This document shows positions 18,605 to 28,715 of a DNA stretch of 64,000 nt, piece by piece (within the stretch, counting starts at the first letter, position 1; each line of letters starts with the position of its first letter). The stretch is from positions 163,923 through 227,922 of the forward strand of contig OZ244777.1 of assembly GCA_965219495.1 (NCBI GenBank), in the 5' to 3' direction. The DNA comes from Rhodobacterales bacterium (GTDB lineage Bacteria > Pseudomonadota > Alphaproteobacteria > Rhodobacterales > CAZPXZ01). Both the position numbers and the translations under genes were made by a program. Under the pieces are notes generated by a model. The model saw only the letters and a list, made by a program, of their open reading frames with translations. It was not told the DNA's origin and made no database searches.

Positions 18605-19850
18605 GTGCCTGTGCAAAAAGGTTGAATTTCGTTTCATATCAACAGGTTGTGATCAGTTTTGGGTTGCGAAGATTGGTCTCAGGCGTATAATTCCAGGCAA
18701 GAATCAGGCGAAATTGGTCGAATGGGCGGAATCTTCGCGATGGGTCGCTCGTTCCGGCAGAGCAGAGACGAGTGCGAGGGCAATGCAGGAGCCGTTTGTT
18801 CGGCTTGGCGAAATTGCCATCGGGGACATTGCGATTGACCCGGTCTGCCGGGATGCCATCCCGGCGGTGTTGCGGGGCATCCAGCACATGTACTGCGACG
18901 AAGCGTTGCGCCGGCAGGTTTTCGACCTGCCGGACGCGCATTTTCTTCCGGGCGTGGACCGGGGGCTTGGGCGCCCGGGCATGGATTTGTGGCGGATCTT
19001 CGTGCTGGCGACCGTCAAGCAGGGCATCCGGTGCGACGACGACCGTCTGCAGGACCTTGCCAATTGCCACGGGACGGTTCGGGAGATGCTCGGCCATTCG
19101 GGGCTTGACGACCATCGCCGGTACGAGCACCGGACGCTGGTGCGTAATGTCTCGCTGCTGACGCCGGAGCTTCTGAACGAGATCAACGAACTGGTGGTGA
19201 AGGCGGGCCACGTGCTGTTCGGGCAGGAGCCGGAAGCGCCGCTGCGGGCGCGGGCCGATTCCTTTGTGGTGGAAACCGACGTGCACGATCCGACCGACGT
19301 CAACTTGTCGTGGGACGCGATGCGGTGCCTGATCCGGATTTCCGCACAGCTGGCTTCGGCTTTCGGGCTTGGCGGCTGGCGGCAGAGCCGGCATCTGCGC
19401 CGGCAGGTGAAGCGGCTGTTCGACAAGATCCGCAATTCCCGGCGGCAGAGGCGGCGTCCGGACCGCGTATGCGCTTACCTGGGGCTTTGCCGGTCGCTGG
19501 TGGCGCGGGCGGAACGGCTGCGGCGGGAACTCGAGGCGGCCGGGGCGGAGACATGGGATATCGATGCCGTGCAAGACCTTATGGATCATGCGCTTCGCCA
19601 GATCGACCAGGTCGACCGGCGACTGCTGCAGGGCGAAGCGATCCCGCATGAAGAGAAGGTGTTCTCCATCTTCGAGCCGCATACCCGCTGGTGCGCGAAG
19701 GGCAAGGCCGGGCGCATGGTCGAACCTCGACATTCGCACGAAACCGGCCACCAACCGCTCATTCACGGCGCAAGAGGCCGAATTCCGCGCCGGGCGCCTG
19801 GGCCGGAAACGTCGCGCCGGGTTCAAAACCCGTTATTTTGGCACGGACAC
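18605..19850 (+). mobile_element. ISNCY-type (IS5/IS1182-related) element with an internal 3' deletion
   Basis: TIRs GTGCCTGTGCAAAAA / GTGTCCGTGCCAAAA (12/15), both flanked by TATATA; internal TTGCGA-N16-TATAAT promoter at 18664-18691. Confidence 0.8.
18783..19725 (+). pseudogene. Truncated ISNCY-type transposase
   Basis: GRPGMDLWRIFVL, DRLQDLANCH, DSFVVETDVHDPTD and EKVFSIFEPHTRWCAKGKAG; similarity stops at RMVE and the ORF runs into the right end. Confidence 0.8.
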
Positions 19851-19879
19851 TATATAATCCCCAAATTTTGAGGGCCGTC

Positions 19880-20692
19880 ATGAACGTCCGCCCCGGTTTC
19901 TTCTTCCGGGATTCCGATCGGCGCAACTTATTCTTCTGGGTGGGCTTTGCTTCGGCCGTCTGCGCCGCATGGATCATGCTGCTGGCGATTTCCGTGCAGG
20001 GTAGTTGGGATATTGATTGGGGCAGTACGAGCGCACTGCGATGGCTGGGCGCGATCTGCGGCGCTGGTGCAGAATTGCCTGGTTTGCCAGAGGTTTTTGG
20101 GATGTGGTCGCTGATGTCGCTGGCCATGATGGGCCCAGCGGCCGTCCCGTTCATCCTGGTCTATTCGAATATGGGCCGAGAAGGCAACACGCGACTGCCT
20201 CGTCTGGCATTGCCCGCATTCGCTGCGGGTTACCTTTGCGTTTGGTTTGGGTATTCGGGTCTGGCGGCGGTTCTGCAACTGGGGCTCCAGAGACTGGCCA
20301 TGGTCGATGCGGGTGGTCTGGCAGTTTCGCCCTGGACCGTCGCATTTTTCCTGGTGATGGCGGCTGGCTACCAGTTGAGCGGCATGAAATCCGCATGCAT
20401 GCGCAAATGCAGAGAGCCCTTCATGTTCTTTCTCTCCTACTGGCGCAGCGGCATTGCGGGCGCTTTCGAAATGGGTCTTCGCCAAGGAGTATCGTGCTTG
20501 GGTTGTTGCTGGGCCCTCATGCTTTTGGCATTTGTCGGTGGAACAATGAACGTATTGTGGATGGCTGGCGCCACGCTCTTTATGTTGGCGGAAAAGCTGC
20601 CGGTCTCGGGAGATCGCCTTCGCGCGGGTATCACGATTTTCCTGGCGGGTGGCGTCGGGGCGGCGGTTCTTCGTGGTCTTGGCGCGATCTAG
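19880..20692 (+). CDS. DUF2182 predicted metal-binding integral membrane protein
   Basis: MWSLMSLAMMGP, YQLSGMKSACMRKCR and CLGCCWALMLLAFVGGTMN. Confidence 0.85.
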   Translation: MNVRPGFFFRDSDRRNLFFWVGFASAVCAAWIMLLAISVQGSWDIDWGSTSALRWLGAICGAGAELPGLPEVFGMWSLMSLAMMGPAAVPFILVYSNMGREGNTRLPRLALPAFAAGYLCVWFGYSGLAAVLQLGLQRLAMVDAGGLAVSPWTVAFFLVMAAGYQLSGMKSACMRKCREPFMFFLSYWRSGIAGAFEMGLRQGVSCLGCCWALMLLAFVGGTMNVLWMAGATLFMLAEKLPVSGDRLRAGITIFLAGGVGAAVLRGLGAI

Positions 20693-20704
20693 ATAGAGGC
20701 AAAT

Positions 20705-21313
20705 ATGAAGAAGTGGTTCCTCAAGGGCGAATTGGCGCTCAACTGCAACTGCACGGTGTTCTGCCCATGCGTTTTGTCTCTGGGAGAACATCCGCCGACG
20801 CACGGCTACTGCCAGACCTGGGCAGGAATCCGGATTGATTCGGGAGCCGCCGATGGTGTGGACTTCAGTGGGCTGAACGCGGCCCTGTTGATCGATATCC
20901 CGGGTCGTATGAGCGAAGGAAATTGGACCGCGGCCGCATGGATCGACGAAAGAGCGAGCGACGAAGCTCTTGAGGCGTTGACATTAATTCTCAGCGGTCG
21001 GGCACGGGGAACAACAGGATTGTTTAAGCTGCTAGTCGGGGAGTTCTTGGGCGCCGAGCGTGCGCCGGTTTCATATGTCAATGAGGGTGAAGTTCGAATC
21101 TTGGAAGTTCCGAAGAAAATTCAGGGCAAGGTTGCACCAATTCGCGGGTTGAAAGACAACAAGCCGGTTCGAATTGAGAACTCCAAGTATTGGATTGCTC
21201 CACAGATAACCGTGGCGCGGTCGATCGAGTCGAGGGTACGCGCCTTTGGGAGGGTCTGGAATCTCGGTGGCCGAAGCGCCGAAATTTGCAAACTCGACTG
21301 GAAAGGTCCTTGA
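20705..21313 (+). CDS. DUF1326 domain protein
   Basis: NCNCTVFCPC, PTHGYC and GNWTAAAWIDERAS; the known partner of DUF2182. Confidence 0.85.
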   Translation: MKKWFLKGELALNCNCTVFCPCVLSLGEHPPTHGYCQTWAGIRIDSGAADGVDFSGLNAALLIDIPGRMSEGNWTAAAWIDERASDEALEALTLILSGRARGTTGLFKLLVGEFLGAERAPVSYVNEGEVRILEVPKKIQGKVAPIRGLKDNKPVRIENSKYWIAPQITVARSIESRVRAFGRVWNLGGRSAEICKLDWKGP

Positions 21314-21688
21314 ACGGTCCGCCACCCACGCTGCAGTGGGTTCGAGCGCAAGAGAATCACGCTATTCGCTGCGCCTCTGCGTTGGAAAGCGAAGGCATAC
21401 GCAACGTGTGCAACCACGTGTTCTTGTCAGACGTTGTGAGGGAACCCTCGAGAATCACTGGAATTTCGATGGGCTGGCAACGTTTTGGAATATCGTGCAC
21501 CAACGGCGACCGGAGATCCTCGGATCCGGCCCGTTGCCGTCTTCTTGGCGCCTGACAAGCCGGAAGTTTTCGACGCTGAACGTTGGACAGGTGAAACACG
21601 TACCGTTCGCGGAGCAGATTGTTGGATTCCAGAACGACTTTATCGCACGCAGAATTCCTGCCAAACAATTGTGAACGTTGAGCGCGAT

Positions 21689-22702
21689 TCAGCCGATCCT
21701 GAAGAGTGCAACGGCCGTATCGCACATCCGATTGGAAAAGCCCCATTCATTGTCGTACCACGCAAAGACACGCGAGAGTCTGTCGCCGACCATGCGCGTT
21801 TGCGGCAGGGCGACGGTCGCGGAATGCGAATCATGATTGTAGTCGATGGACACGGTGGGTTCCTCGTCGACGGCAAGGATGCCTCTCAAGACACCTCTTG
21901 CCGCGTTTCGGAATAGGGAATTGATTTCTTTGGCATTGGTGTCGCGCTCAGCTTGGAAAGTGAGATCCACTGCCGAGACGTTTGGTGTCGGCACGCGTAT
22001 TGCCACTCCATCCAGCCGTCCGGCGAGTTCCGGAAGAACCAGCCCGACCGCCTTCGCTGCTCCGGTCGATGTCGGGATCATTGAGAGTGAGGCGGCTCGG
22101 GCTCGATAAGGATCGTTGTGAAGCGTATCAAGCGCGGGCTGGTCCCCCGTATAGGCATGTATGGTTGTCATGTATCCGCTTTCGATCCCAATTCCCTCAT
22201 GAAGGATCTTGGCGACCGGCGCCAGGCAATTGGTGGTGCAGGAAGCGTTCGAAACCACAAGGTCGTCGGGGTCTAGCGTGTCATGGTTGACGCCGTAGAC
22301 GATGGTCTTCTCTACACCCTTCGCAGGAGCGGAAATCAGCACCTTCCGTGCGCCGGCTTCGAGATGCGCCGCTGCTTTCTCCTTGCTCAAGAATACTCCG
22401 GTGCTTTCCAGGACAATATCGATTCCGAGATCATTCCAGGGCAGCCGGCTAGGGTCACGCTCGGCGGTAACTTGAATCGGCCCGAGGCCCGCGTCAATCC
22501 GCGATTTTTCGGCGTCGACGGAAACTCTGCACCGGAATCGGCCGTGAACCGAGTCGAACCGGAGCAGATGGGCATTGAATTCCACCGAACCGAGATCATT
22601 GACGGCGACAATCTTCACATCTTTCCTTCCCGATTCGATAACTGCCCGCAAGACACACCTGCCAATGCGGCCAAATCCGTTGATTGCCAAACGTGCCGTC
22701 AT
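21689..22702 (-). CDS. gap: Type I glyceraldehyde-3-phosphate dehydrogenase
   Basis: INGFGRIGR, SNASCTTNCLAP, IPTSTGAAKAV and WYDNEWGFS. Confidence 0.98.
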   Translation of the reverse strand: MTARLAINGFGRIGRCVLRAVIESGRKDVKIVAVNDLGSVEFNAHLLRFDSVHGRFRCRVSVDAEKSRIDAGLGPIQVTAERDPSRLPWNDLGIDIVLESTGVFLSKEKAAAHLEAGARKVLISAPAKGVEKTIVYGVNHDTLDPDDLVVSNASCTTNCLAPVAKILHEGIGIESGYMTTIHAYTGDQPALDTLHNDPYRARAASLSMIPTSTGAAKAVGLVLPELAGRLDGVAIRVPTPNVSAVDLTFQAERDTNAKEINSLFRNAARGVLRGILAVDEEPTVSIDYNHDSHSATVALPQTRMVGDRLSRVFAWYDNEWGFSNRMCDTAVALFRIG

Positions 22703-22729
22703 GTACGAGATCTCCGATCAGAATTGTTG

Positions 22730-24760
22730 TTAACCGAGCAAACGTTGCGCCTCGCGGACAACGGTTTCGGAGCGAATATCAAAATGCAAATAAAGGTCGG
22801 CACCCGGCGCCGAGGCGCCGAAGGATTTCATGCCCACGAACGATGACTTCTTTTCGGAACCGCCCTCTCCGAAAAGCCATCTCTCCCAACCGCGGATTCC
22901 GCCTGCCTCGATCGCGATACGGACGGGACCGCGCGGCAAGATCGTTCTCCGGTACCGGTCCGCCTGCTGGATGAACAATTCCTCGCAAGGCATGGATACG
23001 ACTCGTGTTGGAATTCCGGTCTGCTCAAGTGCTTCGCGGGCCGCGACGGCGATACTGACCTCGGAACCGGTCGCGAGCAGAATCACCCGGCAGCGGGCGC
23101 TCGACTGTGCCAGTATATAAGCGCCCCTGGCGGAAAGATTCGCTCGTTTGTGCTCAGTTCGCACTGTAGGGAGAGCTTGACGAGATAGAGCGATAACGCT
23201 GGGCGTCGAATGTGATTGCAAGGCAAGTTGCCAGCATTCAGCCGTTTCCACGGCGTCTGCGGGACGGAACACGTTCAGATTGGGTGTAGCCCGCAACATC
23301 GCCAAGTGTTCAATGGGCTGATGAGTGGGGCCGTCTTCCCCGAGGCCGATGGAATCATGGGTCATCACAAATATCACGCGCTTGCCCATCAGCGCTGAAA
23401 GCCGAATTGCAGGACGCGCATAATCGGAAAACACGAGAAAAGTGCCACCATAAGGAATTACGCCACCATGGAGTGCGAGACCACTCATCGCCGCCGCCAT
23501 CGTATGTTCGCGGACACCCCAGTGAACGTAGCGGCCGGAAAAATCCTCCGGCGTAATTGCCTTTAGTTGGCGAGTTAGCGTGTTGTTCGAACCGGTGAGA
23601 TCAGCAGAACCGCCAACCGTGTACGGCAGGATCCGGTTGACGATGTCGAGCGCCAGTTCAGATGCCTTTCGGGTCGCCATTTTCGGTCTTTCGTCAGAAA
23701 TCTTCCGTTTGTGGTTCGCAAGTTGGTGGCCGAGTTCCGCAGGTGTCTCTTCGCGCAAGCAGGTTTCCAGTAGACTTCGTTTCGGTTTCGGCAGTGCCCG
23801 AATCCGCCTCTGCCAATCCAGGCGCGCTTCGCGGCCCTTCTGTCCGGTTGCCCGCCAATCTTTCAGCGTTTCCGCCGGAATTTGAAACGGTGGAAGTTTC
23901 CATTTCCAGAATTCGCGAGCGGCATTTGCTTCTTCCGCTCCAAGAGGCGCCCCATGAGCGGCGGCGGTTCCCTGTTTGTTTGGTGCGCCCGCACCGATGG
24001 TCGTTCTGCAGCAAATCAGGCTGGGTTTCTGGCTTCGCCGGGCTTTCGCAATCGCCCGGTCGATCGCCTTGGGATCGTGTCCGTCAATGGCCACTGCATC
24101 CCACCCGGCAGACTGAAAGCGGGATAATTGATCGGTAGAATCGGCCAGGGACACGGGTCCGTCGATTGAAATTCCGTTGTCATCAAATAGTACGATGAGC
24201 TTGGTCAATCTCAGATGTCCGGCCAGTGTTATCGCCTCATGGCTTATTCCCTCCATTAGGCAGCCGTCTCCAGCGATTACGTAAGTGCAGTGGTCGAAAA
24301 CGCGGTCACCGAAGCGGGATGCAAGCATGCGTTCCGCCATCGCCATGCCGACAGCGGTTGCCAGGCCTTGGCCCAGCGGCCCAGTAGTTGTTTCAATTCC
24401 TCGCGCCAGTCCGTATTCGGGGTGACCTGCTGTTCGCGAATCGAGTTGTCGGAAAGCGCGCAATTCTGACATTGGCATGTCGGGGTGACCGGTCAGGTGG
24501 AGCAATCCATACAGGAGCATGGACCCGTGACCTGCGGAGAGAACAAACCGGTCACGATTGGGCCAGTTGGGGACGGAGGGGTCGGACCGAAAATGACGGT
24601 CGAAGAGAACTGTCGCGACATCGGCCATGCCCATGGGCATGCCCGGATGACCGGACGCAGCTTTTTCTACGGCGTCGATTGCCAGAACACGAAGAGCTGC
24701 CGCCATTCGAAAGTGGCGATCATTCTCGTTCGGACGAGTCCGGCTAGCGAGTTTTGACAT
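22730..24760 (-). CDS. tkt: Transketolase
   Basis: [36 protein letters not shown] and EDGPTHQP. The start could be 24760 or 24793. Confidence 0.97.
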   Translation of the reverse strand: MSKLASRTRPNENDRHFRMAAALRVLAIDAVEKAASGHPGMPMGMADVATVLFDRHFRSDPSVPNWPNRDRFVLSAGHGSMLLYGLLHLTGHPDMPMSELRAFRQLDSRTAGHPEYGLARGIETTTGPLGQGLATAVGMAMAERMLASRFGDRVFDHCTYVIAGDGCLMEGISHEAITLAGHLRLTKLIVLFDDNGISIDGPVSLADSTDQLSRFQSAGWDAVAIDGHDPKAIDRAIAKARRSQKPSLICCRTTIGAGAPNKQGTAAAHGAPLGAEEANAAREFWKWKLPPFQIPAETLKDWRATGQKGREARLDWQRRIRALPKPKRSLLETCLREETPAELGHQLANHKRKISDERPKMATRKASELALDIVNRILPYTVGGSADLTGSNNTLTRQLKAITPEDFSGRYVHWGVREHTMAAAMSGLALHGGVIPYGGTFLVFSDYARPAIRLSALMGKRVIFVMTHDSIGLGEDGPTHQPIEHLAMLRATPNLNVFRPADAVETAECWQLALQSHSTPSVIALSRQALPTVRTEHKRANLSARGAYILAQSSARCRVILLATGSEVSIAVAAREALEQTGIPTRVVSMPCEELFIQQADRYRRTILPRGPVRIAIEAGGIRGWERWLFGEGGSEKKSSFVGMKSFGASAPGADLYLHFDIRSETVVREAQRLLG

Positions 24761-25171
24761 CAAATCAACCAAAGATGTTGAGGGTGGCGGCATAGTTCGC
24801 ACGGATGGGTGAATCGTCAAGCGGCAGAACACGACAACATTTGCCAGATGAACTTGGGGCACGGCGCGCGATAGACCTGGGAGAGCTGAATCGGGAGCAA
24901 GTTGTCGATCAAATATTGCTTTCGTTGGCGGCACTCCCACAAATGCTCACTTGGATTGATGGTTGCTAAATTGCTTCTGCTGCAGATTGTACTCGATTGC
25001 GGTCTGCTGTTCAGTCAAGACCTCCGGTGCGTGGTTTCAAGCAAGTAGGGTAAATTCTTGATCGCTCCTATGCTCAGCCTCCGAACGCGTCGGAGGCGTT
25101 GCTCGCTAAGCCACATGGCCATTGGACACGGAAATCTCAACTTTCACAAATTCCGGATCGGCAAATATGGG

Positions 25172-25240
25172 TTGACGGGATCGGCACATAAATATATAAC
25201 CATTGAGCTATGGAACGGTTTGGTTATGCAAATCAACCTC
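25172..25240 (+). promoter_or_regulatory. Sigma70-type promoter with two degenerate TAACC-N4-GGTTA operator-like boxes
   Basis: TTGACG (25172-25177)-N17-TATAAC (25195-25200). TAACCATTGAGCTA overlaps the -10, and GAACGGTTTGGTTA follows inside the start of the ORF. Confidence 0.6.
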
Positions 25241-25581
25241 CGAACCTCGATATGGTTTTTGCCGCACTCGCCGACCCGACGCGGCGGGCAATTCTGTCGC
25301 GGTTGGCAGCAGGCGAGGCATCGGTGAGTGAGATTGCCGCACCGTTTGAGATGAGTCAGCCGGCGGTGTCGAAACATCTGAAAGTGCTGGAACGGGCTGG
25401 GTTGATCGAGCGGGATGTCGACAAACAACGCAGACCCGCGCGGCTGAAAGCGGAACCGATGGCGGCGGCAGTGCGTTGGCTTGAAGAATTCAAACAGTTC
25501 TGGTCGTCGAGCTTTGATCAACTCGATGGCTTGTTGGAAGGGTTGAAAAAGGCTGAAACGAAGGGAGCCGGAAATGAGTGA
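25210..25581 (+). CDS. ArsR/SmtB-family winged-helix regulator
   Basis: VFAALADPTRRAILSRL...MSQPAVSKHLKVLERAGLI. Confidence 0.92.
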   Translation: MERFGYANQPPNLDMVFAALADPTRRAILSRLAAGEASVSEIAAPFEMSQPAVSKHLKVLERAGLIERDVDKQRRPARLKAEPMAAAVRWLEEFKQFWSSSFDQLDGLLEGLKKAETKGAGNE

Positions 25582-26068
25582 CTTGCCGACCTATGTGCTG
25601 GAGCGGGTATTCGATGCGCCGCGTGAACTGGTGTGGAAGGCGTGGACCGACGCGGACCTGTTGCCGCGTTGGTACGGGCCGGGGGTGGAAACAATAGTCC
25701 ATCGCCTTGAGCTGAAACCCGGCGGGCTCTGGCTTGGAGAAATGCAGTGGGGCGGCAATTCCAACTATCAACGGGTGGAGTACAACGAAGTGGCCCCGCC
25801 TGAGCGACTGGTGTGGCTGCACTCGGTCACGGATTCGGATTGGAATATCATTCCGAATCCCATGATGGCCGACTGGCCGCGAGCGCTGCTGACGACGGTG
25901 ACGTTTGAGGAAGAAGGGGATCGGACCAATATGCGTCTTACCTGGGTGCCACACGAGGCGACCGAGGCAGAGATTGCATGCTTTGCCGCCGCGTTGGACG
26001 GCATTGACAAGGGCTGGGGCGCTGGCATGGAACTGCTCGCAAAGTTGCTGGTGGAATTGCGGTCTTGA
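25574..26068 (+). CDS. SRPBCC/AHSA1-like ligand-binding protein
   Basis: LERVFDAPRELVWKAWTD, ELKPGG and PPERLVW; overlaps arsR by 8 bp. Confidence 0.9.
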   Translation: MSDLPTYVLERVFDAPRELVWKAWTDADLLPRWYGPGVETIVHRLELKPGGLWLGEMQWGGNSNYQRVEYNEVAPPERLVWLHSVTDSDWNIIPNPMMADWPRALLTTVTFEEEGDRTNMRLTWVPHEATEAEIACFAAALDGIDKGWGAGMELLAKLLVELRS

Positions 26069-26396
26069 GCTAGTTGTCCGATTTTCGCTCACGCCTATGG
26101 GCCATCTCTATGCCTGATTCCCTGTAATAGATAGCTCCCGAGGCAAGAACATGTGGAAAACTATTGACAGATTTGTGCCCTTTCGAAGCGTCCGTATCGT
26201 GTCGGAGAGCTTCGCGGAAGGTCCCGACCGCCGCCCCAACAAGTGATCGGGTGACCGGAAGGGGCCGGATTCAGGAACTGAATATGACCATTTGCCGGTT
26301 TACAAGGAAATCACTTCAAAATCGGTGAAGCCGGACTTGCTGCCGCCAAACGCTGCGGTGACTCCCAAATCCGTCGCCAATCAATGTGGGTTCTCA

Positions 26397-27358
26397 GTGT
26401 CTGAATCAAAACTTTAACAAGTTCCATTAACCTTTTGTTGCACAGGCACTTACCCGCCGTCCGAGGCGTCGCACCAGAACCCGGATGGCAGCCCAGAGGA
26501 CCCATGCCTTGGCGCTCTCAATGGTGTGCTCGAAATCCTTCGCCAAGCGTCGGCAGCGGTTCAGCCAGGCAAAGCTTCTCTCCACCACCCACCGGCGGGG
26601 GAGAACCGCAAAACCCTTGTTTCCCTTGGGCTTGGAAACGATGATCAGGTCGATATCGAGGCTGCGGTCGCGCATCGCCTGCTCCAATTTGGCGCCGCTA
26701 TAGCTCCCATCCGCGAACAACGCCCGCAGCGTCGGACAGCGCGCCGCCACCTCTTCCAGAAGGTCCGGCGCCCCATCCCGGTCCTGAATGCCCGCGCAAT
26801 GCACCTGCACCGCAAGCGGGTTCCCTTCCGTATCCACCACGAAGTGGCGTTTGCGCCCCTTCACCTTCTTGCCGGTGTCGTACCCGCGCGGACCGCCGCT
26901 CTCAGTGGTCTTGGCGCTCTGGCTGTCCATCGCCCCCGCCGTCGGCTCTTCCCCGCGCCCCGCATCCCCGCGCGCCGCCCGCCGGAGCGCGCACAGCATG
27001 CCGTCCAGCAGGCCACTCTTCGACCATCCGTAGAAATACTTCTGAACCGTCGTAAAGGGTGGAAAATCAGTGGGTAACGCCCGCCACTGGCAGCCCGCGC
27101 TGGCCAGGTGCCGGATCGCGTTCAACACTTCTCGCAGGTCCGTGCTGCGGGGACGACCTGTCGAAGCCGGACCCCGAAGAAGGGGTTCTAGCAACCACCA
27201 TTCCTCGTTCGTCAAATCAGACTCGTAACGAATTGTGGGGCGCTTATACTGGCGGCGAGTGGCTTCATTCAAAGGCATGTGCGTTCTCCATATCTCGTGT
27301 TGAAACTGTATGGAAAATACCACATGTCGAAGCCACTCGGGAGTTTTAGGTCAAACTC
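26397..27358 (-). mobile_element. IS5-family (IS1031-group-like) element, complete, 962 bp
   Basis: TIRs GAGTTTGACCTAAAACT / GTGTCTGAATCAAAACT (12/17); 3-bp TCA target duplication (26394-26396, 27359-27361). Confidence 0.92.
26427..27278 (-). CDS. IS5-family transposase, intact single ORF (283 aa)
   Basis: [26 protein letters not shown] motifs MDSQS / ADGSY / RWVVERSFAWL, and RRLAKDFE. Confidence 0.95.
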   Translation of the reverse strand: MPLNEATRRQYKRPTIRYESDLTNEEWWLLEPLLRGPASTGRPRSTDLREVLNAIRHLASAGCQWRALPTDFPPFTTVQKYFYGWSKSGLLDGMLCALRRAARGDAGRGEEPTAGAMDSQSAKTTESGGPRGYDTGKKVKGRKRHFVVDTEGNPLAVQVHCAGIQDRDGAPDLLEEVAARCPTLRALFADGSYSGAKLEQAMRDRSLDIDLIIVSKPKGNKGFAVLPRRWVVERSFAWLNRCRRLAKDFEHTIESAKAWVLWAAIRVLVRRLGRRVSACATKG

Positions 27359-27506
27359 TCAGAGGCTCTGCCATCGAGATGGCTTCGCGAGGCGATCAGA
27401 TTGGCATGCGAAAGAGGACCTACGATCTTGCCAACGTGCTGAACCGAGTGACGACGGACAATCTTCATCCCGAGCAGGTCACCGGTCAGGACCAAGGCAA
27501 TGAGTA

Positions 27507-27605
27507 TCGGTAGAGACACGGTATGTTCCGGACACCGTACAAATCGTCCGGCTTGTGCTTTCGCCGCGGGTCGGACATCAAGCAGCCGGAAGCCGACCTG
27601 CTGGC
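27507..27605 (+). pseudogene. N-terminal fragment of a MazF/PemK toxin
   Basis: VETRYVPDTVQIVRLVLSPRVGHQAAGSRPA versus MazF MVSRYVPDMGDLIWVDFDPTKGSEQAGHRPA; overlaps the antitoxin stop. Confidence 0.65.
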
Positions 27606-28464
27606 ATCTTCTGGTGCGGCTCGGGCGGTCGGCGGTGATGCGCCTTGCGTACCGCCACGGACTCCCCTCGGTGTTTGCGCCGGGCGCCGTGGCGCGGTTT
27701 GTGGGGATTGACCAGAACGCGGGCTCGCTGGACCAGAACACGGCGGATGGCGGCTTGCATGCCGCCATCCCGAAAATCCGGGAGGGGCACCGCGCGGAGA
27801 TCGGGCGCAATGCCCGTCGCCGCGGTAGCCTGCAGGGCTGCCAGGACGCGAAACGCCGGAAGGCGGCCGGGGCGGGGGGCGTGCTCTTGTGCTGTCCCGG
27901 CGTGGGCAGCGCGGGAAGCTACGGACCGCATCGCCGCGCTGCAGGCTTGCGGAGTCCCGAGATCCAAGGGATCGCCCTCGAAATCCTTCGCTTCCATTCG
28001 ATGGCCGCGGCCGGTGGCGCGCCCAAGGGGGAAATGGCGCGAAGCGCCGCCTGGAGCACCGAAGGCGCAGCTCGTCGACGGAAGCTGTCCTGATCACGAA
28101 CCTGCGACGGCGGGGGTTGCCGACATTGCGGCTACCCGCCGGGTTCGCATCGACCCGCCGCTGCCCGGAGAGCGGCGGTCGGGTCGACCGGCAGGGTGTC
28201 GGATCGCGCCGTCTTTGGCAATGCCCCGCCTGCGGGGTTCCCCATCATTGCGATGCCGCCGCCGCGCAGAACCTGGCGCGCGAGGCGGAGCGGGTGGTGC
28301 GCGAAGACGGGGTGGCGCCGAGCTTCGGGGAACCCGGAGTCTGGCACCCGGACTTCAGCAGAGATCGGTCGGACGGGGTTCCGGAGACGGAACCCGAAGC
28401 GGACACCGAGCGCATGTCTTCCGCGGAGCGGCCCACGGCTCAGCCCGTATGGGCAGCGTATTGA
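27605..28464 (+). pseudogene. tnpB: TnpB (IS200/IS605/IS607 OrfB) RuvC/Zn-ribbon remnant, N-terminus missing, frameshifted
   Basis: RuvC-I FVGIDQN (D at 27710), RuvC-II IALEIL...M...K..MARS (E at 27980), then in another frame FASTRRCPESGG...WQCPACGVPHHCDAAAAQNL (D at 28252). Confidence 0.75.
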
Positions 28465-28715
28465 CGCGTCTGGATTGGATTTTCGGACTTTCCAATCAAA
28501 CTCTGAAACAGGCATTGGCCTGTTCACGGGTGGCGCGCGCGGGATGTGTCGGCCTCCTGCGGCGGCGGCAGGACTAGCAGCCCGAGGCCCTACCGGAACC
28601 AGCCGGGTACAGGTGCGGTTGGTCACGGAACGGACTTGCATCCAGCCATGTATATTGTTCCCGATAATTTGCCGTCGGCCCGAACCCGAGAAATCAAATC
28701 TGAAAGGATCAAAGC

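Larger units (their letters stand above)
26346..27513 (+). pseudogene. MazE/AbrB-type antitoxin, frameshifted and split by IS5
   Basis: Removing IS5 joins NAAVTPKSVANQCGFSE to (G)SAIEMASRGDQIGMRKRTYDLANVLNRVTTDNLHPEQVTGQDQGNEYR*, which resembles MazE (IP...L..ITPENLHE..DWG...KEVW). One base is missing near 27364. Confidence 0.65.

Noticed and set aside
24761-24940. Long N-terminal extensions in the ORF track (tkt, purC, dnaE, pyrG, ilvB, ilvC, hflK, dctP)
   Set aside because: They result from taking the first possible start; conserved N-termini and RBS positions support later starts.
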